Shown here piece by piece: positions 47,260 to 57,504 of a DNA stretch of 63,069 nucleotides. Position 1 is the first letter of the stretch. Each line of letters opens with the position of its first letter. The position numbers were made by a program, and so were the translations under genes. Origin of the DNA: Thermodesulfobacteriota bacterium (GTDB lineage: Bacteria > Desulfobacterota > WTBG01 > CAIYCZ01 > CAIRTM01); the NCBI GenBank assembly GCA_028282925.1, contig JANQGV010000260.1, forward strand, positions 1 through 63,069, read 5' to 3'. A model generated the notes under the pieces. The model had not been told where the DNA came from, did not search any database, and saw only the letters and a list, made by a program, of their open reading frames with translations.

Positions 47260-48759
47260 CTACGTATTGTTTTTCTTCCACCAGCATGCCCATAACATCC
47301 AAAAACAAAAGAGAGGAAGCAGGCTGAGCAGATGGAAGGGAAACAGCAATTCTCCAAAGTTAAAAGAATTAAAGTTTACAATCTGGGGTGCCTGAAACCA
47401 ATTTTCATCCATAAAAACTGCATTCAAGTCGGGGTAGTTTTCAAAATTTGAAATCGGAACGGGATTAACCGCAACATTGTTTTGCAGAAGCTGATGCAAA
47501 ACCACATCGGTGAGAGGATTTTTGATTAAGTAAGACACCTCGTTTCCAACAGTCGTAATTGCCAGATTGATGACGATTGAAAGAAGGCCGACCACTTTGA
47601 ACGTGGCCGAAAAGCGCTGAAATGCAAAAACAGTCAGGACAAAACCGAAGGGGAAGGCCGGCACAAGGTAGCGCGGGCCGACTGCATTTCCACCATGCCA
47701 GGCATGAAAGCCAGCAATAAAAAGCAACATACTTCCTGAGATGAGCAAACACACAAGCAACTCTGCTGCGAAGCGTCGCTGTTTAATTGTGGAAAAGACG
47801 CCGGGGATGAGCATGATAAAGACCGGCGATGAGCACAGTAATCCCCGATACGGCAAAAACAGTAAGTTCTTTAAATCGTGGGGACCGGGAAGGCCAAAAA
47901 GCCTTCCGTTTACCGGGAAAAGTACGTTAGGATTTGAGTAGCTGTAGCTAACACTGAGAGGACCTCCGAAACAGGCGATATTATACCACACTTGCAGGCC
48001 TCCGGAAGGCAGGCAGCCCAACAGAAACAATAAAAAAAGACTGCGACCCCTTTTAAAACTGAACAGATACAGAGCAACAAAACCAAGGGGGATTATTGCC
48101 GACGGTTCTATCAAGGCCGCCATTGATGCTGCACCGCCGGACAGAACGGCGGCCCACGCTTCTTGCCGGGCTCGCCCATGTTTGATGCGCATAGCCAGCA
48201 CGAATGCAAGGAATGCAAAGCAGGCAGCGGGCACATGTGAATAGAAGGTTGTACTGTAACCAAACACAAGCGTTCCTACGCTGAAAAAAAAAGTCAACAG
48301 CATACTCGCATTGCGGCTGAAATTAAAAAAGGCACAGCACAGGTAATACATGAGCAGGCACAACACAACTGCAGCCAGGACCGTCGTACATAAATGCGCA
48401 CAATAGGTGCTGAACAGAACCTGTTTCTCCTCATTATTTGGAAAAAATTTTTTCGCTGCGTATTCAGCTATGCCGAAAGGCACCACCGCCATAAATGAAA
48501 GTCCGGGAGATTTGTTGCTGTAATAATGTCCGTTATACAGCGCCCAGTCGCCTGCGTTGAGGAAGGTAAAATATGAATAGGGTTTTTCTTTGACGCTTTC
48601 ACGGTAGCGGTCAATCCGAAAGGTCTGTTCATGAATAATAGCCCGGGTTAAACAGATTCGGGTGTTCTGGTTCCAGCCGCCCCCTTGAAAAAAATAGCCG
48701 AAGGTTACAAAAAAGAAAACAAACATCTGAATATAGGGAGTTATTCTACGGGTCATCAT
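47260..48759 (-). CDS. polytopic membrane protein, GT-C-like putative glycosyltransferase
   Basis: 499 aa with more than 12 TM segments. N-terminal GGGWNQNTRICLTRAI...GHYYSNKSPGLS is of a type seen in ArnT/PMT-like enzymes. Its ATG overlaps the upstream stop (ATGA). Confidence 0.5.
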   Translation of the reverse strand: MMTRRITPYIQMFVFFFVTFGYFFQGGGWNQNTRICLTRAIIHEQTFRIDRYRESVKEKPYSYFTFLNAGDWALYNGHYYSNKSPGLSFMAVVPFGIAEYAAKKFFPNNEEKQVLFSTYCAHLCTTVLAAVVLCLLMYYLCCAFFNFSRNASMLLTFFFSVGTLVFGYSTTFYSHVPAACFAFLAFVLAMRIKHGRARQEAWAAVLSGGAASMAALIEPSAIIPLGFVALYLFSFKRGRSLFLLFLLGCLPSGGLQVWYNIACFGGPLSVSYSYSNPNVLFPVNGRLFGLPGPHDLKNLLFLPYRGLLCSSPVFIMLIPGVFSTIKQRRFAAELLVCLLISGSMLLFIAGFHAWHGGNAVGPRYLVPAFPFGFVLTVFAFQRFSATFKVVGLLSIVINLAITTVGNEVSYLIKNPLTDVVLHQLLQNNVAVNPVPISNFENYPDLNAVFMDENWFQAPQIVNFNSFNFGELLFPFHLLSLLPLFCFWMLWACWWKKNNT

Positions 48760-50297
48760 TTTAAAGCCATAAATATTTCAGTTGGATACCGTGTTGGAAA
48801 ACATTTTATGCGTATATGATACGTCTTCAGATGGGCATATATTTTTTCGTGCTCCGGCATTTCGCGGTACAGTGTCCTGTCCTCATGCGCGGGGTGTATC
48901 GCTGGCAGCCAGGCAGAAGTTACACACCATACGGTATCGCGGGTATGCAGCAGTTGCGCAAAGGCCTCAAAAGTTTCCGGGATGATCAGGGGCGCATCCA
49001 GATAATATTGAAAAGAGCTACTACCGTATCCCAGGCCGACAACACAGTCGTTACGATTCGCTTTTAGACGTTCATTAAGGTAACCGGCCGCTTCACGATA
49101 GTTCTGACGGTCCTCAGTAACCGTCTCAACTATCTGCGGAAACTGAAGAGCAGAGAATCCAGCCAGCAGCATCAGCATACCGGTAAACACATACCGCTGC
49201 GGCAGACAGAGCATGACCGGGAGGTACGCTATACCACACCCGATAACCAGCAGCAGCAAGGGCAGCATAAAGATAAAGTACCGTTCGGTTATATATGCAG
49301 GTTTCAGGGCATAGGCAACCAGCAGCGGTAGACACGTCACCCCCAGCAGGTAAAGAAAAACCGTTCTATCCTGTCTGTACAAAAAGAGAAACCCGCACAC
49401 AATAAGCACACCGCTCAATATACTCCCGTAAATTGAGCCTATACCGGGAAGAATCGTCTTAAAATAATCCAGCAGAAACGGGAACGCAGGCAACTCGGGA
49501 GAGCCGGCCAGACGCTGCATCTCATTCAGCACATATGATGCCTGTGCAGGAGATGCAAGAAAACGATATACGGTGGGACTGTATACAAGCAGTGTACCGC
49601 TGAGCGCGAGAGCCAGGCAGATATAAGCATTGTTTACAGCAGTGCTTATTACGCCGGACGGCAAACGTGACGCCCTACCAAGGGATAAATACACTGTAAA
49701 GGCGAGTTGACAGCCAATAACTGCTGCCATGCAGATATGCATATACACCCCCAGGATATTCCATAGAACGTAATATGTCCAGGTGCTTTTGGCATTGGTA
49801 CGCAGGGCCTTGAGAAAACAGTAAGATGACAGCAACGCCAGCAGGGCCAGGCCGCTATAGCCGCGTGCCGACATGGAATGGTCGATATGAACAGCCGAGA
49901 CGGCAAGGAGTCCGGCACCTATAACGCCCTGCCGCGACCCGGCAAACGTTTTACCGAAAAGAAAAAGCATAGGAATCGACAGGATGCCCATCAGGAGTGC
50001 CGGCAGCCGTAAAGCAATTTCGTTTTCGCCAAGCAGGGTAAGCGAGAAGCGGGCCACAAGGGAATAGAGGGCATGGTTATTAAAAAAAGGCCCCAGCCGG
50101 CTAATGGTATCTGAAAGGGGGACAGCATGGGCATAGGCCATGGTTCCTGCTATTTCATCCCACCAGAAGCTTTGGTTTATGTTCCAAATCCGCAGGATAC
50201 TACCGGCACAGCCTATCGCTAGTATAATGATCGTATGTTTTTTCAACAGCAGCTTCTTTTGTTTCATTTGACAATTGGCGGCCCGTATACGCATCAT
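48756..50297 (-). CDS. GT39/GT83-like (ArnT/PMT-type) membrane glycosyltransferase
   Basis: First-loop motif NQSFWWDE and more than 12 TM segments. The start is ambiguous (ATGs at 50297, 50294 and 50267, none with a clear RBS). Confidence 0.6.
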   Translation of the reverse strand: MMRIRAANCQMKQKKLLLKKHTIIILAIGCAGSILRIWNINQSFWWDEIAGTMAYAHAVPLSDTISRLGPFFNNHALYSLVARFSLTLLGENEIALRLPALLMGILSIPMLFLFGKTFAGSRQGVIGAGLLAVSAVHIDHSMSARGYSGLALLALLSSYCFLKALRTNAKSTWTYYVLWNILGVYMHICMAAVIGCQLAFTVYLSLGRASRLPSGVISTAVNNAYICLALALSGTLLVYSPTVYRFLASPAQASYVLNEMQRLAGSPELPAFPFLLDYFKTILPGIGSIYGSILSGVLIVCGFLFLYRQDRTVFLYLLGVTCLPLLVAYALKPAYITERYFIFMLPLLLLVIGCGIAYLPVMLCLPQRYVFTGMLMLLAGFSALQFPQIVETVTEDRQNYREAAGYLNERLKANRNDCVVGLGYGSSSFQYYLDAPLIIPETFEAFAQLLHTRDTVWCVTSAWLPAIHPAHEDRTLYREMPEHEKIYAHLKTYHIRIKCFPTRYPTEIFMALK

Positions 50298-50322
50298 ATA
50301 AAGGGTGCAAAAAAATATAAAT

Positions 50323-50352
50323 TTGTCAATATTTTTCTACTTGTTTTATATA
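50323..50352 (+). promoter_or_regulatory. candidate promoter in the divergent AT-rich intergenic region
   Basis: TTGTCA-18 nt-TATATA(AT), about 100 nt upstream of the ATG at 50451. Confidence 0.3.
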
Positions 50353-50450
50353 ATATTATATTCTATTATAGTTCCTCCATGGGCATTGGTGATTGAGCAA
50401 CTAAAATGCGCCCCCTAAACACCTAAGACTTTTCACACAAAACATTTATT

Positions 50451-51848
50451 ATGCAAAAAGTTTCTGCCGGAAAAATCGTCATTATCGGCGCTGGCATTAC
50501 GGGCCTGGTGATAGCCATGGAACTTTCAAAAAAGTATGGCAAAAATGTGCTGGTGCTGGAACGGGAAGAGTATATCGGCGGCCTCTCTGCCACGGTAAAA
50601 CGGGATGGCCTGATCTATGATTTCGGTTCTCACAGACTGCACCGGGATATACAACAGGACGTGCGGGACTATATTGAGAAGACACTTGGCGTTGAGCTCT
50701 TAAAACGGCAAAGAAATGGAAAACTTTTCTTCCGCGGAAGGTATATCCACTATCCGCCAAACCTGTTCAACTTCCTGAAGCACTTTTCCACCAGCGAAAT
50801 AATGGGATTTATCGGCAGCTATCTGCATAATTTTTTTCAGTCCCCTGCCTCAAACGGGCTTAACTATCACGACGCAATGGTTAAGGCCATGGGTAGTAAA
50901 ATTTACAGTACCTTTTATGAAGGCTATGCCGAAAAACTGTGGGGCAAAAACCCGTGTGACATCTCTGTTGACGGCAAAAGAAAACGCGTGATTGGTGATT
51001 TCAAAACCTTGCGGCGGAGTTTGCATGCCAAAAGCAGTTATTATTATTATCCCCGGGACGGTATCGGCAGCATCCCTGACGCCCTGGCGCGGAAAGCCCG
51101 AGAGAACAAAGCCGAGATCATCACCGGGGCAGCCGTGCGCGCTGTAAAGTTCCATAACAATCGAGTTGCTCAGCTGGTTGTTGAAGACCGGCAAGGTGTG
51201 TGTAGTCACATCGATGTGGGGATGCTCATTTCAACCATGCCACTGGACGATCTTTTTAAGTTAACGCTCGCCGACCAAACGCATGCGCCGCAGCTCGAAT
51301 GGCGCGGAGCAAAGCTCGTTCATGCGTTAACAGACCAGGTCTTAACGTCAGATACGGAAACCTATTATTTTCCGGGTCGGGACATAACCGTCGGCCGGGT
51401 GTCGGATATAACCAAGTATTCGCCCTATCTGCGTGCGGCAACCCCGGGAACAATGCTGACGCTCGAAATTCCCCTCTCGGAAGGTGATGCCCTTTGGAAC
51501 ATGGACGATGCCTCGCTGCTGGATATCTGTCGACACGACCTTATTAAGGTAAATATTTTCAAAAAAGACCCCCGCATTATCAACTACTTCATTACACGTT
51601 TGCTGAAAACATATCCGGTCTATACCCTGGAGTGGAAAAAAACGTTTTACTCGATTACACAGCAGCTCGATCAAATCAACAATATCTACACAATCGGCAG
51701 GGGCGGGCTCTATCTGCACTGCAATATCGATCACTGTATTGAACAGGGGATCGCACTGGCAAAGCATCTTCTTGCTGGTGAATCGTGCGATAAAGATGCG
51801 TGGGGCTCACAAGTGAAAACATTTTTAACGCAGAGCGCCCGGGACTGA
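50451..51848 (+). CDS. NAD(P)/FAD-dependent oxidoreductase (amine-oxidase / HemY / Glf-like fold)
   Basis: Segment KIVIIGAGITGLVIAMEL...VLVLEREEYIGGLSA...DFGSHRL. Confidence 0.7.
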   Translation: MQKVSAGKIVIIGAGITGLVIAMELSKKYGKNVLVLEREEYIGGLSATVKRDGLIYDFGSHRLHRDIQQDVRDYIEKTLGVELLKRQRNGKLFFRGRYIHYPPNLFNFLKHFSTSEIMGFIGSYLHNFFQSPASNGLNYHDAMVKAMGSKIYSTFYEGYAEKLWGKNPCDISVDGKRKRVIGDFKTLRRSLHAKSSYYYYPRDGIGSIPDALARKARENKAEIITGAAVRAVKFHNNRVAQLVVEDRQGVCSHIDVGMLISTMPLDDLFKLTLADQTHAPQLEWRGAKLVHALTDQVLTSDTETYYFPGRDITVGRVSDITKYSPYLRAATPGTMLTLEIPLSEGDALWNMDDASLLDICRHDLIKVNIFKKDPRIINYFITRLLKTYPVYTLEWKKTFYSITQQLDQINNIYTIGRGGLYLHCNIDHCIEQGIALAKHLLAGESCDKDAWGSQVKTFLTQSARD

Positions 51849-53170
51849 TGTCGGTCGAGTTTAGGATTAAAAATTTTCTTCACCCCCTGGCCATTCTGAA
51901 ACTGCGGCGGTTTCTCGAAAAAAGCCAGTGGTTTTCCTTCAAACGTTTGCAGGAGTACCAGGTGGTGCGCCTGCAGCGTATTCTCAATCACGCCTATACA
52001 AACGTTCCGTACTACCACAAGCTTTTTAATCGCATCGGGTTCAAGCCCCATAAAGTTTTCAGCCTGGATGCTTTGCAAAAAATACCCCCGCTCACCAAAG
52101 ATCTTGTAAAAGAGAACAAACACCTCCTTGTAGCACGCAATGCCGCACGATTCAGCCCGGTTAGCTGCCGGACCTCGGGCTCTACAGGCGAAGCGGTTGA
52201 GTTCTATCTGGATCGACCCTCTAATGTACTGGAGTTCTGCTATTACTGGCGCTACTGGTCCTGGGCCGGATACCGGCTGGGCAGTCCTTTTGCGGAACTG
52301 GCAAGCCACTATTTTTTAACCCATCCCCGACGAAAAAACGATGTGTACGTTTTTTACCGCCCCGGGCGGCGCCTGCTCCTCAACAGCATGATGCTATCCT
52401 GTGACCGCATTGATCACTACGTTGCGGCCCTGCGGAAATACCGCCCCCGGTTTTTAAAAGGGCTGGCGTCAACCTTGTACGTTTTTGCCCTGTTGGTTAA
52501 GGACAAGGGCATCGACGACCTTGGTTTTGATGCGGTCTTTTCAACCGGCGAAATGCTGCTCAAGCCGTATCGAAAAACCATTGAAGCGGTGTTTCACTGC
52601 AAAGTGTATGATTCCTATGGCCATATGGAGCGTACTGTTGCCGTTTCCGAATGCCCGTGCGGGGGCTATCATCTCAACGCCGACTACGGCATACTGGAGC
52701 TGCAAAAAGAACCCGGGCAAAATGCGACGGCCAGAGGAACGGTACTGGGCACGGGACTATACAATTTCAGCATGCCGTTAATCAGGTATGCAGTAGGAGA
52801 TGTGATCGAGGCCGACCATGCAAACAGCCTGTGTCAATGCGGCAGAGGGTTGCCGCTCATAAAAAATATTCATGGGCGCAAAGAAGACATCATTGTCACT
52901 CCCGACGGAAGAATCGTGACCTCGGCCTTCACACTGTTTGAACTTGTGCATGGCATTGAGTTGGGACAGATTGTACAGGAACAGAAGGACCGGATTGTCC
53001 TCCGGATTGTACCGTCAGCGGGCTATGGCCCGGAAAGCGAGCAGCAGGCAGTCACCACCCTGCAAAATTTTGTCGGACAGGATATCTGCATTAAAGTCGA
53101 CTACACTACGAAGGAAAAAATCAAAGCCGCTGACGGCCGTAAGTTTAAAACGGTGGTTTCATGCCTTTAG
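51848..53170 (+). CDS. adenylate-forming enzyme, phenylacetate-CoA ligase / coenzyme F390 synthetase (CapK-like) family
   Basis: Segments LQEYQVVRLQRILNHAYTNVPYYHKLF and TSGSTGEAVEF. Its ATG overlaps the upstream TGA (TGATG). Confidence 0.7.
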   Translation: MSVEFRIKNFLHPLAILKLRRFLEKSQWFSFKRLQEYQVVRLQRILNHAYTNVPYYHKLFNRIGFKPHKVFSLDALQKIPPLTKDLVKENKHLLVARNAARFSPVSCRTSGSTGEAVEFYLDRPSNVLEFCYYWRYWSWAGYRLGSPFAELASHYFLTHPRRKNDVYVFYRPGRRLLLNSMMLSCDRIDHYVAALRKYRPRFLKGLASTLYVFALLVKDKGIDDLGFDAVFSTGEMLLKPYRKTIEAVFHCKVYDSYGHMERTVAVSECPCGGYHLNADYGILELQKEPGQNATARGTVLGTGLYNFSMPLIRYAVGDVIEADHANSLCQCGRGLPLIKNIHGRKEDIIVTPDGRIVTSAFTLFELVHGIELGQIVQEQKDRIVLRIVPSAGYGPESEQQAVTTLQNFVGQDICIKVDYTTKEKIKAADGRKFKTVVSCL

Positions 53171-54421
53171 GCTCTGTATTCCGATGAGAAGATACCACGC
53201 CTGCTTCATACTATGTTTTACCTGCAGGCGCACCTGGCGCCACACCTTTACCGCATATGACACTTTATTGTCAAAGGTGCTGGCCGGTGTACCGGGACGG
53301 TCCGAATATTTGAATATCCCAAGCTTATCAAAATAAATCCTGTCGAGCAGGCGCATATTTGCCTGAAACTCAGTTGTGCTTTCCCCCGGGAAACCAACTA
53401 ATAAATGTGATTTTATCGTTATGTCCGGATCGACCGCGTGTATGGCTCGAATACTTTCAATATACGCTTCAATAGTATGGTTCCTTTTCATTCTCGTCAA
53501 AATTTGATTGCTGCCATGCTGAACAGTATATTCAATATTTACAATCCGGCCCGGCTGAACCATCTCCAGAAAGTCGTTTAATTTTGCCATAAAGCGGCTT
53601 GGATTGACATGGCATAAAGAAACGGATAAGGAGCGATTAACTGCAAAAATGTGCCGCAGCAGGGTTGGATAATCGGTGCCGATGTCTACCCCATATGATG
53701 CAAAATCGTCGGCCACCAAAACGAAGTGGGTGTATCCCCTTTGCAGCGCCTGCATAACCTCCCGGACAACCTCGGCAACCGGACGGCTAACGATAGCACC
53801 CCGCGCATGCTTAATAATACAATAGGTGCAGCTGCCGGCACATCCTTTGGCAACACGAATAACGTAACTGTGCGGGGCATATATTTGGGTTGTTTTGAGC
53901 ACGCGCTCGATACGGCTACCCGCCTGCTTGCTGAAAAAAGAAACCAGGCACTTGATTTTTTTTGTGGCCGAAAATACTATTTTGCGAGACCTTGTCCGGG
54001 GGTTCAGGACGTCAATCTGCTGATCGAAAAAAACAGCACCGGGCGATATCGGCTTCAGGTTAAAACGTTCTATAAATGCATCCGTTTCCCGCGGCCCGTA
54101 AAAACCAGCAACCTGGTCCGGAAACAACGTGCTAAGCTTATTTTTATGGGTTTGGGCCATACAGCCGCACACAATCAGCTGTGCATCGGTTTTTTTTACT
54201 TTAACAATGGTACCGATGGTATGGACTGACGCATCTTCGGTCTCCTGCATAGCAATACAGGTACTGACAAGGATAAGGTCGGCCCTGGAAGCTTCATCTA
54301 CCTGGTGATAATTGTTGGACGCAAGAAGGTTGCTGAAGTATTCGAGGTCCACAAGCGAAGAATAACAGCCCGCTTCGCTGAGAGTCAGAAAAAAGGTCTT
54401 TTTAAATCCGTTCATATCCAT
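53159..54421 (-). CDS. radical SAM enzyme, MiaB/RimO-like methylthiotransferase architecture without obvious TRAM domain
   Basis: N-terminal UPF0004-like Cys triad (EAGC...VSTC...VCGC) and radical SAM CAGSCTYC. I prefer the ATG at 54421 (AAGGGG RBS) over 54460. Confidence 0.65.
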   Translation of the reverse strand: MDMNGFKKTFFLTLSEAGCYSSLVDLEYFSNLLASNNYHQVDEASRADLILVSTCIAMQETEDASVHTIGTIVKVKKTDAQLIVCGCMAQTHKNKLSTLFPDQVAGFYGPRETDAFIERFNLKPISPGAVFFDQQIDVLNPRTRSRKIVFSATKKIKCLVSFFSKQAGSRIERVLKTTQIYAPHSYVIRVAKGCAGSCTYCIIKHARGAIVSRPVAEVVREVMQALQRGYTHFVLVADDFASYGVDIGTDYPTLLRHIFAVNRSLSVSLCHVNPSRFMAKLNDFLEMVQPGRIVNIEYTVQHGSNQILTRMKRNHTIEAYIESIRAIHAVDPDITIKSHLLVGFPGESTTEFQANMRLLDRIYFDKLGIFKYSDRPGTPASTFDNKVSYAVKVWRQVRLQVKHSMKQAWYLLIGIQSLKA

Positions 54422-54444
54422 CTTTACCCCTTGTTTTTTTAACC

Positions 54445-55623
54445 TTAGTAACCGTCGCATTCATACAGGCTGCAGCAGCGTGTACAATAGGGAAAAGTGC
54501 CTTTGCCCGCCAGATGCTGTCGGAAGCTGCGGTATGTCTGATTGCACCAGACAACATCAAAATCAGTATCCATAAGGTTGCCAGCAATAATATCCGGCAG
54601 GTCGTCGCAGGTAGCAACATCACCGTTTGGCAGGATGTGGGAGGTAAGCCGGCCCACCGCACAGCGCTTGCCCCCTAATACCCTTTCAGGCTCACTGAAA
54701 TAATCGTGAAAATCAACGGGGAACCGAGGCAGTTGGTTATACTGCCCTCCTAAAAGCTCTTTTGCAGCTAAAATCTGCTTCCAGATTGTCTCACAATGCA
54801 TTCCGGTCTTGTCGCTCACGAATCCTTTCCAGTACCGGGGAGTACAGGCGAAGTGCTCTTCTATGATGCTCGATGAGCGCATGCCCAAATCCTCTGTTGT
54901 GAACATCCCCAGCTGGACCAAAAAAACATCCACTCCCAGACCCTTGACAAGCTGTGCCGTTTCAAGAATGTGGTCTTGATTTTCAGGAGTCAAGGTGAAG
55001 CATATCTCAACAATGGGAAAACAGGTTCGATATTGTTTTTTGGCGGCAACCAGTTCCTGCACTGCGCTGATCACCTTTGCATAGCTGTTGCCGGAACCAA
55101 TGCGGATGTTGTTATTGATCTCTTCGGGTCCATCCAGGCTGACAATAATATAATCGAGACCGGAGGCAATCAAGTTGTGTGCCTGGCCCTCCAGGAGTGT
55201 CCCGTTTGTATTAACGCCGGTAATCATGAAACGGTCCGAGGCGTACCGGATCAGCTCAAAGATGTCCTTTCTCAGAAATGGCTCTCCGCCGAAAAAATGA
55301 ATATGGGGACAAAAAAAAGAGTTTCGACTGAGCTGATCGACAACGAGCTTCCACTGCTCGGTCGACAACTCCGAGAACAGAGTGCTGTTTTCTTCGCTCT
55401 GCTTATGGTGCCCGCTAAGGCCCCACTGCCCGCACTGGCGGCATCGCAGGTTGCAGCGGTTTGTCAGCCGGGCAATTACTCTGCAGGGAGGGTCTGCCGT
55501 GCCGGGCGAGGCCGAATATTTCCTGCAGCGCCACTTGCGCAGGGCTATCTGCAAAAGGCCTGCAATTTTGCGCGGGCGCTCACGTACAAATCTCAGTAAA
55601 AAAACTAGTTTCCTTGTGAACAT
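54445..55623 (-). CDS. radical SAM / SPASM-domain protein
   Basis: CNLRCRQC cluster motif, GGEPFL, and a Cys-rich C-terminus (CAVG...CDDLP...CTRCCSLYEC). Confidence 0.75.
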   Translation of the reverse strand: MFTRKLVFLLRFVRERPRKIAGLLQIALRKWRCRKYSASPGTADPPCRVIARLTNRCNLRCRQCGQWGLSGHHKQSEENSTLFSELSTEQWKLVVDQLSRNSFFCPHIHFFGGEPFLRKDIFELIRYASDRFMITGVNTNGTLLEGQAHNLIASGLDYIIVSLDGPEEINNNIRIGSGNSYAKVISAVQELVAAKKQYRTCFPIVEICFTLTPENQDHILETAQLVKGLGVDVFLVQLGMFTTEDLGMRSSSIIEEHFACTPRYWKGFVSDKTGMHCETIWKQILAAKELLGGQYNQLPRFPVDFHDYFSEPERVLGGKRCAVGRLTSHILPNGDVATCDDLPDIIAGNLMDTDFDVVWCNQTYRSFRQHLAGKGTFPYCTRCCSLYECDGY

Positions 55624-55644
55624 GGATCTATCCGTGTGTTTAAC

Positions 55645-56415
55645 CTATTCTTTGTATCCGTGCATGATAACGTATGAGCTTAGTTTGCGTAGAAACGGCA
55701 AGTATTTCAGCAGGCCTGCATCCAGCGTGCCCATATACGGCAAAATTTTTTTCAGCCCCGCTTTATACAGCACATACATGATTGATTCGCGCATTATAAA
55801 ATCGGCAAAATAAAAGCCGACATTGTTAAAAGAGGCGGCTATCTGATCGAGTTCCTTTGAACTGAACTCAAACTCATCTTCCGTAAAACACAGCGGTTCC
55901 GGATGGAACGGTACTTTTTCATGGAAGAAGCGTATAAAACCGGTCAAGCAGACAGGCTCTTCAGCGATAAAATATCCCCCGGGGGCTAATGCCTCCTTTA
56001 TGGCGGTCAGAGCCGATGCGAAGTTCATGTGGTGCAAGGCATGGCGTGAAACAACAACATCAAACAGACCACTGAAAACCATGTCTTCGCAGTTGAGAGT
56101 AAGGGCCTGCACCTTGTTTTCAAGCCCGTTTTCTCTTGCCAGCCGCATGGTTGTCCGTCCGGCTTCATGCGAAACATCGATGCTGGTCACCTCATTATTG
56201 TTTTGGGCCAGAAAGAGCGCATACCGGTCAACACCGCCGCCGACGGAAAGAACCCTTTTATTCTGTATGCCGGACAGCATTGAAATAAAGTACCGCGTGG
56301 TATAGCGATAGTCATCAATACAGGCCGGAAAAATATCGATGGCTGCATTCCGGGTTGTTGTCCGTCGATACGTATTATTCCAGTAGCCGGCTTCGCGTAA
56401 GGCCTTAGGTTTCAT
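55645..56415 (-). CDS. class I SAM-dependent methyltransferase
   Basis: Motif I-like VLSVGGGVDRYALFLA and a downstream acidic loop. It overlaps the upstream gene by 11 nt. Confidence 0.7.
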   Translation of the reverse strand: MKPKALREAGYWNNTYRRTTTRNAAIDIFPACIDDYRYTTRYFISMLSGIQNKRVLSVGGGVDRYALFLAQNNNEVTSIDVSHEAGRTTMRLARENGLENKVQALTLNCEDMVFSGLFDVVVSRHALHHMNFASALTAIKEALAPGGYFIAEEPVCLTGFIRFFHEKVPFHPEPLCFTEDEFEFSSKELDQIAASFNNVGFYFADFIMRESIMYVLYKAGLKKILPYMGTLDAGLLKYLPFLRKLSSYVIMHGYKE

Positions 56416-57442
56416 GGTCGGTCAGACACCATTGTGAAAAATTATCTACTGTAAACCGTTGGGCGCCAAAATACCGGATAGCATAATCGGCATTGTGATC
56501 CTCGGCTACCGGCATGCCCTTAAGGAGAAAGAGCTTCCGCCCGGCATGGTGGGTCTCCAGTACCGTTGAAATACCGGGCTTACTAATGATGCTGGCACAT
56601 TCCCCCATCAAGCCTGTCAGGCTTGCAAGCTGGCCATGTACGATAACTTGCGGGTGATTTTGATAGCGCGTGCTCAGCCGTTCAAAAATCGTCTTGTTTT
56701 CTCCGCAAACGACATGTATGTGGAGTTTCGGCAGCCGCCTGCTCAAGCTGTTGATAATTTTCACAAAAGAACCCTGGCCCCAATATCCCGCCACCAGGAG
56801 TGTTTTATTAATGTCCCCGGCAGATTCAGCAAGTTCCCGGTAACCGGACCTGACCGGCAGCTTAATGTGTACGTAGTCCAAATGAGCGGGAAAAGGGAAG
56901 TCGCGCTCTCTTTCAGCCAGCGGAGAAAGATATCCGTCCATAACATCCCAGAAGATATATTTCCAGCCCAGGGTGCGGCCATATTCCCCCAGCAGACCCC
57001 AGAGCTTAAAATCGCCCCGGGTACGGCGCTTAAAGGCGGAAAACCAGAACGCCGGGCGATGGCTGATGCATATGACCGATTTGATCTTGAGCGCCTCCAT
57101 TTTGTCCTGAATGCGGTGCAGATCGGAACCGGCAAAATATTTCTCCCGCACCAGCTTGCGGTAATAAAAAAACGGGATAGTATATACAAGGTTCAAGAGA
57201 AATGGCGCCCTGTTGGAAATCAACTGATAGCGTTTAAAATCTTCATTGAAAGCTCCAGGGTTCATCAACTCCTCAATCGGCACGTGGTAGACCTCCCCCG
57301 AATCATCCAGCATCTCCTTGACTGCATCACCGATACTGTACATGCCTCTGCCGACAATAGTGCTGACGATTAAAACCGGCGGCTCAAACTTTTGTAGAGC
57401 TGCGACCAGGCCACAGCAAAAATTTTCGGTATGGTTACGCAT
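56405..57442 (-). CDS. GT28-family glycosyltransferase, MGDG-synthase/UgtP-like
   Basis: N-terminal VLIVSTIVGRGMYSIGDAV and C-terminal SKPGISTVLETHHAGRKLFLLKGMPVAEDHNADY, resembling diacylglycerol glycosyltransferases. ATG at 57442; the ORF-track start is a TTG at 57475. Confidence 0.55.
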   Translation of the reverse strand: MRNHTENFCCGLVAALQKFEPPVLIVSTIVGRGMYSIGDAVKEMLDDSGEVYHVPIEELMNPGAFNEDFKRYQLISNRAPFLLNLVYTIPFFYYRKLVREKYFAGSDLHRIQDKMEALKIKSVICISHRPAFWFSAFKRRTRGDFKLWGLLGEYGRTLGWKYIFWDVMDGYLSPLAERERDFPFPAHLDYVHIKLPVRSGYRELAESAGDINKTLLVAGYWGQGSFVKIINSLSRRLPKLHIHVVCGENKTIFERLSTRYQNHPQVIVHGQLASLTGLMGECASIISKPGISTVLETHHAGRKLFLLKGMPVAEDHNADYAIRYFGAQRFTVDNFSQWCLTDHET

Positions 57443-57504
57443 AACATCGACTTTCAACAAACAAGGTGCTCGCAATGCAGGTAATTGCCGGACAGCCTTC
57501 TCAA

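Noticed and set aside
46894-47295. 133-aa plus-strand ORF spanning the left direct repeat
   Set aside because: It has no RBS and no family signal. It runs through the repeat and hairpin and into the 3' end of the opposite-strand GT-C gene. Its only meaningful part (VNMLTIPGPFR) is the dead copy of the hydrolase gene's start.
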